Positions 25,833 to 38,130 of a DNA stretch of 64,000 nucleotides are shown here, piece by piece. Each line of letters starts with the position of its first letter. The stretch's first letter is position 1. The notes beneath the pieces were generated by a model that was not told where the DNA came from, searched no databases, and saw only the letters and a program-made list of their open reading frames with translations. The position numbers and the translations under genes were made by a program. Source of the DNA: Gracilinanus agilis (Eukaryota); contig NC_058130.1 in NCBI RefSeq assembly GCF_016433145.1, forward strand, positions 202,380,740 to 202,444,739. Reading direction: 5' to 3'.

Positions 25833-26133
25833 NNNNNNNNNNNNNNNNNNNNNNNNNNNNNNNNNNNNNNNNNNNNNNNNNNNNNNNNNNNNNNNNNNNN
25901 NNNNNNNNNNNNNNNNNNNNNNNNNNNNNNNNNNNNNNNNNNNNNNNNNNNNNNNNNNNNNNNNNNNNNNNNNNNNNNNNNNNNNNNNNNNNNNNNNNNN
26001 NNNNNNNNNNNNNNNNNNNNNNNNNNNNNNNNNNNNNNNNNNNNNNNNNNNNNNNNNNNNNNNNNNNNNNNNNNNNNNNNNNNNNNNNNNNNNNNNNNNN
26101 NNNNNNNNNNNNNNNNNNNNNNNNATGTGTATA

Positions 26134-26185
<52 letters not shown>

Positions 26186-29100
26186 TAATGACTTCAATTT
26201 CTGCCTTGTAAATAAGCTGTTTGCCTTTAAACCAATCACTTAATTCTCTATCCAATCTCAGTCACTATGAAGTGACTGAATAATGGGGATAGTAATAATA
26301 CCTACCTCCCAGGGTTGTGAAGATCAAATGATACAACATTTATAAATCACTTTGCAAACCTTAAAGCACCCATATAAATGCTAGCTATCATCATCAGGGT
26401 TATAATCCTTCTGAGCCCAGGCTCCAGGTCTCCCTCATATAGCTGTTTTCTTTCTCTGGTTCCATCTTCCCTGCCCTTTGCCAAAGACCTGAGTTTGACC
26501 TTTATATATAGAACTTGATTGCTTTATGATGGTCTGACAGATTTAGTCTGGGATGAGGGAGTATCACTAGNNNNNNNNNNNNNNNNNNNNNNNNNNNNNN
26601 NNNNNNNNNNNNNNNNNNNNNNNNNNNNNNNNNNNNNNNNNNNNNNNNNNNNNNNNNNNNNNNNNNNNNNNNNNNNNNNNNNNNNNNNNNNNNNNNNNNN
26701 NNNNNNNNNNNNNNNNNNNNNNNNNNNNNNNNNNNNNNNNNNNNNNNNNNNNNNNNNNNNNNNNNNNNNNNNNNNNNNNNNACTATGTATTGGTTCCAAA
26801 GCAGAAGAGCAGTAAGAGCTAGGCAATACAACTAGGAAGTGTCTGAGGTCAGATTTGAACCTAGGACCTCCTGTCTCTGGGCCTGGCTATAAATCAGTAA
26901 ACCATCTCCCTACCTCATCATCCATTCATTTTCTTTCTTTTTTTTTTTTATCCATTCATTTTCAACCCTGCCAGATTCCCTACTTTTCCTTGCTTTTGCT
27001 CCAGAGCTTGAGTTTTTTCTTCCCTATTTCATAATCCTTCCTAGCTGGATGCCTGTGGTTCGATTCATCGAGGAACAGTTTGAACAGTATCTGAGGGATG
27101 AGAGTGGCCTCAACAGGAAGAATATACAGGATTCCAGGGTCCATTGCTGCCTCTACTTCATTTCTCCCTTTGGTCGAGGGTAAGAGAAAGGGAGAACACG
27201 TCTGCCTGAAGGATAGGAATGGGAGATGTGCAAATATTTTTTGGCAAGAAAAAGTTATCCCACCTAGGCTAAAGAAGTAGGCTGCCTAGAGAGAGAGACT
27301 CTGGGAGATGGATTTAGGGTTTTAAATGTTTAACAACTGGCCCTCTCTGAAAAAAAAAAGTGAATGGGATACACTTTTACATTTAATCTGCATGTTGACA
27401 TTTCTCCATCCCTTTCTTAAGTCTAAAAATCCACCAAATAACAAGTCGAACTTGATAATGAAATAGTCTTTGTTGATTCCCTGGATATAAATGCTGAAAA
27501 TTTAACAGGGTAGCCCATACAAGCTGATTCTTGCACACCATTGGCTATTTATTGGACAATATAGCAGACTGGAAAGAACTATAGAGCTTACAAAACAGGA
27601 CCTTAGAGATCACCTAATTTAATCCTTTCACTTAACCCATTAGGAAACAGGAAAGTCCAGAACTAGAAAGCTCTGGCTCTGTCATTAATTTACTGTGTGA
27701 CCATAGATAAATCATTGCGTCTCTCTATGACTCAGTTTCCTCTTCTGTAAATGATGAGGCGTGTCTCACCTAATGTCCTCACCTAAGAGGTTCATCTGAC
27801 CCCAACCTCCCCAGCTCAACTAGGAAGTCTGGAGGTCTTCAAGTAGGAATACCGAGGGAACTTTTCAACTGAGTAGGAGATTAGACTAGATATCTTGTAA
27901 TATCCTCTCCACCTCTTAAGGCTCTATGACCTTCTGATTCTCATCTCTGGCAGAGAGATGAGCCTTGGGGAGGAAAAGGAGAAAGCTTTTGCTCAGGAAA
28001 TTGCCTAGGGAGGGGTTAGAGGTAGAGGAGAATGGGGCAGGGTGGGGTAAAAGTCTAGGTCTTAACTACCCTTGTGGCTTAGGCTTCGCCCCTTAGATAT
28101 AGCATTCCTCCGGGCTGTGCATGAGAAGGTCAACATCATTCCCGTCATTGGAAAAGCTGATGCCCTGACTCCTAAGGAGACCCAGATCCTCAAACAGAAG
28201 GTATGCTTGGGAAGGGGGCAGGTGTACAATGAGGATGGCCCTGACCTCTGACCTCTTTCCTTGGTCCTAAAAGAAGCCAAAGTTTAAGCTAAGGTATCAC
28301 TCCATCTCTTAAAGCTCCTCTCTTCTACACTTAGACTGGACTTTTATTTTTTCTTCCCTTTTTCCTTTATTAAGAAAGGATTTAAACTTAACAAAGAATT
28401 TCCTGATAGGAAGGGAGTGATTAGGCACTAAGAAGATTTCCCAAAGGACCTTGTGGATTCTTCTGCCCCAGACAGTTTAAAAACAGGATTGAAAAACATT
28501 ATACTCTGAGGCAGTTCTGGGGGAGGCCCGCTTGAAAGCAGGATAGTCTTAATGAGAACAATGTACTAAGTAGACTGAGTGCTAGGCTTGGAGTCTGCCT
28601 TAGGCCCTTAGCTGTATTACTTGGAGTGGGGGGAGCCCTACAAATCATTTAAGAGTCTTAGGTGTCTGTCTTTAAAATTAGGGATCAAAACACCTGGTTA
28701 TGATGAGGAAAGCACTTATGCAAAGGAGAGCTTTATAGTGATGATGTCCTAATAGCCTCTGGGCTGTGATGCTTCCTACTGTTTGTCATCTCTAGCCTTT
28801 CTTTCTGACATATTTCCTCCCTTCTGCCAGATCCGAGAGCAGCTGGAGGAAGAGGAGATCAACATTTACCAGTTTCCAGACTGTGATTCGGATGAGGATG
28901 AAGACTTCAAGAAGCAGGATGCTGAGATGAAAGTGAGGGGCAACAGGGTGGAGGCTCTTTTGGAATCAGGAGTTAGATAACCAAAGTCAGAGAAGAGGCA
29001 GTGAACGGCCAGGGAGGAGAATGGGAGCTGTGAGTAAGGTGAGACCTCTGGTGACTGATATTTCTGGCTATGTCTTTTGTCCTTCGCCCTCCCTCAGGAG

Positions 29101-30068
29101 AGCATTCCTTTTGCTGTGATTGGCTCCAGTGCTGTGGTGAGGGACGGTGGCACCTGGGCGGTGAGGGGTCGCCTGTACCCCTGGGGAACAGCAGAGGGTA
29201 AGTAGATCTGGAGAAACATAGAACATGGTAAGACTTTTCTAAATTCAGAGTTAGAGATTTCAAATTTTCTAAATTCAAAGTCAGAGATTTCAAATTTTCT
29301 AAATTCAGAGTCAAAGATTTCAAATTTTCTAAATTCAGAGTCAGAGATTTCAAGTTCAAAGTCAGAGACTTCCATGTTCCCAAATGTGGGCATGACACCT
29401 GGCTCCTGTTTTTGTTCCCTTTTAACCATTTCTCCTTCATATCCTGACCAGTGGAAAATCCTCATCACTGTGACTTCCTCAACCTCAGACGGATGCTGGT
29501 ACAGACTCACTTACAGGACTTGAAGGAGGTGACTCACGACCTGCTCTATGAAGGTTATCGAGCCCGTTGTCTCCAGAGCCTGGCCCGTCCTGGAGCCCGG
29601 GAACGGGCCAGTCGAAGGTGAAAATGACCTCTGAGGCCATACAAACACTTCCCCAGACCTGGATCCTGGGTGGGACAAAGGAAGGGGGGGGGGTATGTGT
29701 GTGCCTAGTGTGGAGAGGGCAACCTATTGATAAGTTCCAATCCAGTTCCAAATCTCTTCCTTCCTTCCCTGCCTTCAGCAAGTTGTCCCGACAGAGTGCC
29801 ACGGAAATGCCCCTCCCAATGCTACCCTTGGCTGATACAGAAAAACTTATCAGAGAAAAGGATGAAGAGGTGAGTTCATTTGATTGTCTCTCCCAACCCT
29901 AGGGACACTTGGGCCTCCCACCCCATCCCCTCAGCTTCCACAACATATAACTCCAGCTGAGTGTCCCATAATATCTAATCCTTGCAGCTTCGTCGGATGC
30001 AGGAGATGTTGGAGAAGATGCAGGCTCAAATGCAGCAGAGCCAAGGAGAGCAGTCAGATGCCCTTTGA
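22485..30068 (+). CDS. SEPTIN1: Septin-1, 11 coding exons, 365 aa
   Basis: Exons 22485-22487 (ATG only; in-frame TGA upstream at 22467), 22765-22855, 22984-23070, 23478-23601, 27045-27179, 28083-28200, 28831-28932, 29098-29197, 29452-29617, 29779-29869, 29988-30068. All GT-AG and in phase (1098 nt). Protein [12 protein letters not shown]..., P-loop [17 protein letters not shown]-terminal coiled coil ending ...EQSDAL. AATAAA at 30484-30489. Confidence 0.97.
23954..24168 (+). mobile_element. Young SINE in SEPTIN1 intron 4
   Basis: Full head and tail, (aaaac)n tail, TSD-like aaaatattattct / aaaatactattct. Confidence 0.9.
25663..26182. repeat. (GA)n microsatellite spanning an assembly gap (N 25833-26124)
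   Basis: GA/GACA runs on both sides of the N block. Confidence 0.9.
29235..29370. repeat. 30-bp minisatellite (about 4 copies) in SEPTIN1 intron 8
   Basis: Unit ttttctaaattcagagtcagagatttcaaa; ttttct recurs at 29235, 29265, 29295 and 29325. Confidence 0.92.
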
Positions 30069-30869
30069 ATCTACATCTTTCCTTTCATCCACTTTCTGTC
30101 TGTACTACAGGGACCTCTTTCCCACCTTGCCCTTTCTCTCCTTCTCTTCCAGGACCCAGGCAAAAACTACTCAGCTCTCACCTTCCTTGTCTCCCTCTCA
30201 AATATACCTGACTGAGCTCCAAACCTTAGTTTATCCCATCTGACTTAGGCTCATTTCCTTCCCTGTAAAGACTTAGGAGTCCTACCCAGCTCCCTGCAAG
30301 GACCCCTCATCTCCCATTGCTAGACATCCTCTATCCCGTCTGGTCTTGTGCCACAGGAACACACCTCCCCATGGCTTCTTCTGCTCCGTGTAAAGTCAGC
30401 CACTTGTCTAATATCAAGGGTGCTCTAAGATGGGCCCATCTCACTCTTCACAACAAGCATTTATTAAGTACCCAAGATCTTGAAATAAAAGTTGTTCTTC
30501 CTAAGGGTTCCTTCTCTCTAGATTGCTAAGGATGGTGGGGTGGGACAATGGTCTGCTGCTGGAGGGCGATCAGTAGAAGAAGAGGGGGGATGGGGAAAAC
30601 AGGAATTATGAAAGGTGGTCCGTGGCCTCAGAAATACCTGCTTAATGTTGGAGCCAGGAATGGAGAATAGGAACAGTTGGACAGAATGCCTCCCTGTAAA
30701 CTCCAGGGGCCCAACCCTGCTGCATGCCAGACTGGAATAGGGAGGGGGTGGGACCCTGTCTCTGCCAGGCTGGGAGGACAAAGGGAGTGGCTGGGCCTGG
30801 GGAAACAAGATAGCCAGGTCCCTTAAGGAACCTAATGGAGTTATAGCTGCTGGCAGCCTAAGGGGAGCC

Positions 30870-30920
30870 GGTGGTGGTGGTGGTGGTGGTGGTGGTGGTG
30901 GTGGTGGTGGTGGTGGTGGT
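30870..30920. repeat. (GGT)17 microsatellite
   Basis: Perfect trinucleotide run between the 3' ends of SEPTIN1 and MYL11. Confidence 0.95.
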
Positions 30921-32276
30921 GAGAGCGAAAGTCAGTGCTGGGCCCCCCCCCCACCCCAGAACCAGGTCCTGTTTTCAATCTGTTCCTGATGCATCATTCC
31001 TTGGGGCGCCACCCCTCCTCCCTGCCATCCTCTCCGTGAACATGTTCTCCCTCTTCCATTTACAGCCATCTCCTCACGCACATATACTCCCCTTCTCACA
31101 CACCGTATGTACTCTCTGTCTCCACAAACACTCCTCCCAAACATATACTTCCAATGCATGTGCACATTTATACTCCACACACACACACATACATGTATAT
31201 GCTCAAATAGACAAAACACACAAACCATCTACATTCCCCTGCAATGACTGTTCAGTCCTTTTTCAGTTGTCTGACTCTTCATTGGCAAAGATACTGGAGT
31301 GGTTTGCCATTTCCTTTTCTGGCTCATTTTACAGATGAGGAAATTGAGGCAAACAGGGTTGAGTGACTTGTCCAGGGTCATACAGCTAGTAGTAATTCCC
31401 TTGCAATATACCTCTACATATATTTGTACTCTTCCCACAAATATGTCTTCACAGACATGTATGTATGCCTTTCCTCTATATAAATGTCCGTTCATGCTAC
31501 ACACATGAATTTCCTCTCCTCATCTATGAACTCTCCTATATACATACATTCCCTTCCTTGAAAATATACATGTCCTCCACAGATATAGACCATATACCAA
31601 ACCTCCACTGTCCATCCACATTTCCCTCATATGGACCTAAAGTCATAGGATCATGGATTTGAAGCTAGAAAAAATATTAAAAGTCCTCTAGTCCAGCTCC
31701 CTCATTTTACATCCTTCAATGAACATAGATCCAGAGAGAAGGGACCTATTTGTAAGGTCTTAAGAAAGTCAATGGGAGGAAGTAGTATTGTACACTAAAG
31801 AAGGCACTTAAACTTTGAGTCAGGAAGATTCACTCAAATCCTGCCTAAGGCACTTACTATTAAGTTACCCTGAGCACATCGCTAACAGCTCTGTGCCTCA
31901 GTTTCTTCATCTGTAAATTGAGAGAAGTTGTACTTAGTAGTCTCTAAGGGTCCTTTCAGCTCTACTATTCTGTGAGGGCAGGAAAATGTTTCCTCCTCTC
32001 CTGCTCATTGCTCCTGGTATCCTTTTTCTGTCCAAAAATATTCCCATTTGGTTGAAATGAGAGTACCCCAAGGTCTACTGTATTTGCTTACTTTATGTGA
32101 AATAAAAATCTCCCATTCCCCCCACGACCCTCTCCAACAGAAAGATATTGGAGAGTCACCAATAAGAAAGACAAGTTCATCTTTATTTGAAGGGGATAAG
32201 GGCATTCAGATCCAGGGGAGATCAATGCTTCCCTTTCTGGGGACCAGAGGAAGGGAAGTTGATGCTCCGGAGGCCT

Positions 32277-35059
32277 CTACTCCTGATCCTTGGCATCTCC
32301 ATGGGTGATGACATAGCAGATATTCTTGTAGTCCACATTGCCACCTACATCTGGGGGGAAAGCTGCCCACATGTTCTTGATCTGGGATAGAGACAGGACA
32401 AGTCAGGAGAAGGAGTCACTCCCCACATCTCCTCTCTCCTTCCTCTCATATATTATAGATGTTTTCCCTCTTCCTTCTCCTTTCTTCCTCCAAAATACTT
32501 ACTTCCTCCTGAGAGAATCGGTCACACTGGGTGGTGAGCAGCTCTTCCAGACTGGGAAAGAAAGAGAAGTTATAGAGAATAAATCAGATGATTTTGGAGA
32601 AGAGTGGCTACCTCCCCACCCATCCAAAAGAGAAGGAAATAAAGAGGCAGGGGAAGTTATGGGTAGAAAGAGCTGGGTCTAGAAACTTGGGACAGGGAAT
32701 GAAGAGAGAGCATGAAACCTTAGAGACAGGGAGACATTGCTCCTGAACACACCAATAAACCACTACTCACAATTGCTTCTTGATGGATCCCTTCCCCTCT
32801 GGATCCAGGACTTTGAAGGCTCCAGTGATCACATCCTCCGGATCAGCACCTATGGATAAGGAAGGCTGAAGGCTAAGTTCCCATGTTTTTGGGGGGGAGA
32901 GGGTATGTCTCTTGGGAGAGACAGAATCCTGGAGCCTCAAGGAGGATCACGCAATGGGCAGGGTGGCATATATATCCAAGATCTTTAAACTAACCCTTTA
33001 ATTTCTCTCCGAACATAGTCAAGAAGACAGTGAAGTTGATGGGTCCACTGGCTTCCTTCATCATGGCATCTAGTTCCTCATTCTTCACATTCAGTCGGCC
33101 TATGGGGTGGAATGGGGCAAATGGGGAGAGAATAGGTTTCAAATTACACTTCTGGGGAAGGCAGGCTAGAGGGGTACAGAGGAGGGAAGTGGTTAGGAGT
33201 GAGTTAGATAATAGGATTCTGGGAGGAAGATTAAGGTGGAGGGGACCAGCATGAGTATGGTGAACATGGGATTAGGAGTCTCATCACTTCTACTAAATGG
33301 ATGTATAATTTTGGTTAAATCATCTCTTTCTGTCTCCTCTTCTGAAAAGTAGGGAGATTGGACTCAGTGATAATTAATGTTCCTTCTAGCTTTCTTGGAT
33401 TCTAAGAGAAACTGAATAGAGGAGCTAAGTCACTAAAGTCTGACAAAAATAATGGCTATGAAAGGCTAAGACAGAGAAGGCCAAGAAGCCTAGGAGCTTT
33501 GTGTTTGGACCCCAGAAGGGGAATAATAAATGGCCAGGAGCTAAGGATTGAAGGCAAGGAGTACTCTTACCCATAGCTGCAAAGGTGTCCCTCAGGTCTT
33601 CTTTGTCAATGATGCCATCTCGGTTTTGGTCAATGACAGTAAAGGCCTAGGAGGGAGGGAGAGAATTGTTGAGAAACAGGAATAGAGAAGGTGTTGGGGT
33701 TCTCTTCTTCTTCTTCCTCATTCCTAGGACTTAATTCCTTTAAGCTCTTTTCCTCAGGCCTCCCTTGCTTCATACTCTCTGTACCATTCCTTCCCCGAAT
33801 ACCCCAGCTGTCCCCCTGTTGGGTCAGCCCCTGGGATGGAAAGAATTCTTCATCTCCCTTTCTGTCCCCTCATCCCTACCCCCACTCTGGGACAGGTGCA
33901 CATTCCAGGGAGGAGGGGGGAAGAAAAGGAGGGAGAAGAATCTGAAGTTGGAGGAGATCATGTTGACTGACAGACTGGGGCCCAGAACACCTGGCTTCAT
34001 AGGACAGCCTTGCACCAGGATTCTTCACTCTTTCATCATCTTCTTTCCTCCCTCCTACTTCCAGTGCCTCCCTTCAACTCTTCCTTACCTCCTTAAACTC
34101 CTGAATTTGTGTTTGGTCAAACATGGAGAAGACATTGGAGCTGCCACCCTCCGCTGCCCTTCTCTTGGCCTTCTTGGGTGCCTGAGGTGGGGAGAAGAGA
34201 TGAGCAAACAAAAGGGTCAGATATCTGGGACCTGAAGGCTAGTAAGGTCTAGGGAGAATCACTGGAGAACCAGTGACAATAGAGTAGCAGGGAAGGGAAC
34301 ATAGGCTAAAGTCCTTGGTGTAGGAGTTAGTTTGTGGGGGTAAAGAGCAGAGTAATTGAGAATGTAGGGATTGATTCCAAGAGCTCCTGTCCCTTCCAGG
34401 TGCCCTTTGCTTATTTGCGGCCTCTGTTTGCACACTCATCATGACCCCAGTCCATGGAGCATATTGGTGGGGAGAGAAGTGGTTGTGATGGTGGTGATGG
34501 GGATGGAGCTTCATAAGTAACATACTACAGGCAGGAGAGTAGGTAATTCCCTTGGAGAGCCTGTGGCCCTTTTCCTCCATCTCTCCGTCTGTCTCTGTCT
34601 GTTTAGCCCTCTCAGCAACTTCTCTTTTCTTATAGAAACAGAACTCTCCTTTTAGTTGGATAGATGGACTGACCAGTTACCTCTGGATGATTTGTGAGTC
34701 TGGATGGTATAGGGCAGACCAAGGGGAGAAGAGTTCTGTTCTTATAGTAAAGTCAGATCATGGTTATTAGCTTCCCTATCTTTGTTTCACGAAGTTCCGC
34801 TACCCCAGTATGCTCTAGTACATCTGTAAGCAGTTGAGTGTTGCTAAAGATTTGGGAGCAGAAGGAGGAATGGATCAGAGTTGTACTTCAGGGACCTATG
34901 TCACTAGCTTCATGACCTCAAGCAAATCACCCACCCTGGACCTGTTTCATCATCTCTAAAACAAAGGCATTGGGATGAGAGGACCTATTTATTATGCCCT
35001 CAAGTTCAAAAATCCCATTTTCTTACTGCCTGGCTTGTGGATTCTCCTTTCAGGTAAGT

Positions 35060-35114
<55 letters not shown>

Positions 35115-36078
35115 GGGTGAAGGGAGTACAGTGAAGATTTCATGACAATTGTCTGGAGTAGTTTGATTGTCTTTTTTTCCCCCCTCCTTTTTTCCTAGAA
35201 TAACTCTCTGGGAGGGAACTGGATTGTCTTACAATAGTGGAGGTGGAGGTAAGAGACGGTTATCAAGTAAATACTCTATCTCATTCTTCCAGTAATGCTG
35301 ATGGGGTTTTCTTTCTGGCCTTGGAAGATTCCAACCTCTCTGACCTGATGTACCCTGAGGTCAAGTTGAACAGGTCCTGATGCTTTAAAGCAAACACTGT
35401 CTTGCTATTTATAGCTCTATGATCCTCTAATCTCAAGGTAATATTAGAGGTGTGTGAAGGGGCCTAGGGGTGGGATGGGGGTGTGAGGGAATTTCTTCTA
35501 AGTGTTAATATAGCAATTACTGGAATAATTTTAGATACTATCCTAGAGGTAACACTGACAGTTACTGGAGTAGAATATATTTTCTAGTACAAGAGCAACG
35601 TAGTGTTATTGGAGCTGAGATCTCTGATAGTCTTTTTTGGTGGGAGTGGGAGTGAGTAAGTAGGGGATGTTTCATCTATTCTGTTTTTTATAGATCTTTC
35701 TCCATCACTTTGAATTATAGTATCTGCTCTTTTGCTCACTCACTATGTCACCTTAGGCAAATCATGATATGCCCCTTTGAGCTCAGTTACTCTATCTGTA
35801 AGGTGATGGGGTTGGACCTGGAGATCTCAAAGGTTTATTTCTATCTTCAACATTTTGATATTTTATCACGTTAGAGACATTCCTCTTTTTGTTACTGACA
35901 TTTTTCTAAGAGGTTAAACTTTTTTCCCTTCATCCCCAAAGAACTATCCTCTTAGCTATCTCATTTCTTCAGAAAATGTTCCTGCCCCTTGGAAAAGTTG
36001 TCTTCTAATTTAACAGTCCTGGGGATCAGTATCTGAAAGTCATAGGGTGGGGAGGGGGGAAGAAATCTCACTTACCAT
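32277..36078 (-). CDS. MYL11: Fast skeletal myosin regulatory light chain (MYLPF), 7 coding exons, 169 aa
   Basis: Exons 36076-36078 (ATG only), 34089-34181, 33571-33646, 32995-33099, 32771-32849, 32503-32551, 32277-32381. All GT-AG, 510 nt. Protein [50 protein letters not shown]...THGDAKDQE with the EF-hand loop [18 protein letters not shown] (-) at 32183-32188. Confidence 0.97.
35059..35112. repeat. (TG)n microsatellite in MYL11 intron 1
   Basis: About 54 nt of near-perfect TG repeat. Confidence 0.95.
35405..35414. promoter_or_regulatory. MEF2 site in MYL11 intron 1
   Basis: CTATTTATAG matches the YTA(W)4TAR consensus. Confidence 0.45.
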
Positions 36079-36139
36079 ATCTTCACTCTGTAGGTTTGGG
36101 TGATGACTCTGGTGGGACGCTGGGAGGAATCGGAGCAGA

Positions 36140-36180
36140 GTGACAAGGCTCGGACAATTCTTCTGGGGTTATATACCCCA
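36140..36180 (-). promoter_or_regulatory. MYL11 TATA box / core promoter
   Basis: TATATAA on the minus strand at 36170-36176, about 95 nt upstream of the ATG. Confidence 0.7.
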
Positions 36181-36974
36181 CCCAGGGGAGCCCTTAACAT
36201 ACCAGGGTAACCTTAGCTGAGCCTTAGAGTTGGGGAGGGGAGGGGCTGAGTAGAGAAGGAGCCAAAGGCCTATGTGGGGGAGGGATGAAGGGGGGAGACA
36301 GATGGCTACCCAAGATACCGAAATAGCTCTAGCTCACAGGCCGCTCCTTTCTTGGAGAAGTGAGGGGGAGGGAAGCAACTGGAGATGGAGGGACATCTTA
36401 GGGATGGTTCTAACTCTGGCATGGCCTTCGTGGAGAAATGGGTGTACCAGTTGTGAGGGGCAAGGGGAGAGGCAGAATGTGGGGTGTGGCAGATAAGAGT
36501 CAGGATGGGATGTTTTATCTCCCAGGAAGCACAAAGATTCAGGGGGACTAGATTTGGAATGGAATGAGAAACCAGGGAAGTCAGTGGCTTCCTGGGCAGT
36601 AAAGGGGATACAAAAATGAATAAAACATAGTCCCTTTCTCAAGGAGTCCACCGGGAAGCAAAACATTTTCATAACAAGGATGAGCTAACAATACCAGGAA
36701 GTCATGTTAGAGGTACCACATGTATGTTCCCAATAGTAAGCTAAATTGAAGTTCAGAGGAAGAAAAGAGCATTGTGAGATGCATTAATCTGAGAAGACTC
36801 TATAGAGGAGATGGGATTTGACAGATGGATGCAGATTAGAGAGACAGGGAGAGGACAGTGAAAACTGGGAGACCAATATTGGCAAAGATGCCCCAATCTG
36901 AACACGTGAGAATTCCTGCCTGCAGAGGTATAGTGGCATAGAAAATAAAGTGCTGAGCCTAGAGTCAGGAAGTT

Positions 36975-37210
36975 GTTCAATTGTTTCAGTTATGTCTGAC
37001 TCTTCATGACCCCATTTGGGGGTTTTCTTTGTAAAGATACTGGAGTGGTTTGCCATTTCCTTTTCCAGTTCATTTTACAGATGAGAAAACTGAGGAAAAC
37101 AGAAATTAAGTGATTTTTCCAGGGTCACATAGCTAGTCTGAGGCAAGATTTGAACTCAGTAACATGAGTCTTCCTGACTTCAGGTTTGGCACTCTTTCCA
37201 TTTTACCAAC
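36975..37210 (-). mobile_element. MAR1-like marsupial SINE (other copies about 25075-25290, 31245-31395, and 62578-62790 on +)
   Basis: gaccccatttggggttttc..aaagatactggagtggtttgccatttcc RTE-like tail joined to a CORE segment. Confidence 0.7.
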
Positions 37211-37959
37211 TGGCTGCCCCTGGAGTCAGGAAGATTCGAGTTCAAATTTGACCTTAGACATGAGCTGTGTGTCTTAGAACAAATTACCGAATCTTTCTCT
37301 GCCTCAGTTTCCATAACTGTAAAGTGGAGATAATAATAGCATATACCTCTCAGGGCTATTGTGAGGATCAAATGAAATAATATTTGTAAATTGCCTGGCA
37401 CATAGTAGGTGATTAATAAATGCTTATTCCCTTCTCTTCCTTCCTTTAAGGAATAGTGGATAGTTGGGCTAGAAAGGGAGGTTGGGCTTAGAAAAAAGAG
37501 GGTCTTGAATGGCAGTTTGGGTTCAGTCTTGATCTTATGAGCCCTGGGGGGAATCTATTGAAAGTTCCCAAGCTAGAGAAGGATATGATAATTAAGGTGT
37601 TCTGACAAATAAATAGTTTTGAAAGGTTGTTTTGCCTTACATGGGGGAAAGGAGAGAGACCTGAGTGAAAGGACACAGTCTGAGGAGATGGCTCTGCCTG
37701 GACTCAGTCAACTACCCCAAGAAAGAGAGAAGCAGCCATGGATCAGAAGGATGGAGAGTTAATGGAAGAGGAAATGAAATTTAGGGAGATGACACAGGGC
37801 CTAAGTTCATAGATAGGGCCCAGGAGGCCAGGGGCCCCTAAATATCCTCTGCCTTTTGCAGGAACTTGCCTTTCTGGGGAATGCTCCTTGCCTCTCTGAG
37901 AATGCCCCTCCCCCAGTGCCTTGCTAATGCCTCTAAGACATTTTCCTTTCTGGGCACTG

Positions 37960-38130
37960 GGGATAGTCCACCTGTTGTCTCTGATGGGGGGGGGGTGTGG
38001 TGGTGGTGGGGGAAGGAGCCACCTAAACTTAGCACCAGCTGCCCCCCTGCTGGCCTTCTAACCAACCCTCCCCTCCCACCTTATCCCCTGGCCCCAGGGC
38101 CCCACTGCTGCAGAACCTTATATGGGTAAC
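37960..38130. promoter_or_regulatory. Candidate muscle enhancer upstream of MYL11 (CArG plus E-boxes)
   Basis: Perfect CArG CCTTATATGG at 38116-38125, CAGCTG at 38036-38041, CACCTG at 37969-37974. Confidence 0.5.

Noticed and set aside
25553-26831. ORFs containing X runs (also 195-498)
   Set aside because: Artefacts of N gaps and GA/TG microsatellites.
28973-29510. 155-aa and 138-aa minus-strand ORFs with repeated peptides ([20 protein letters not shown])
   Set aside because: Translations of the intronic 30-bp minisatellite, which lacks stop codons in those frames.
30871-31338. Poly-Val 155-aa ORF
   Set aside because: Starts in the (GGT)n repeat at a GTG and runs through low-complexity DNA and a SINE.
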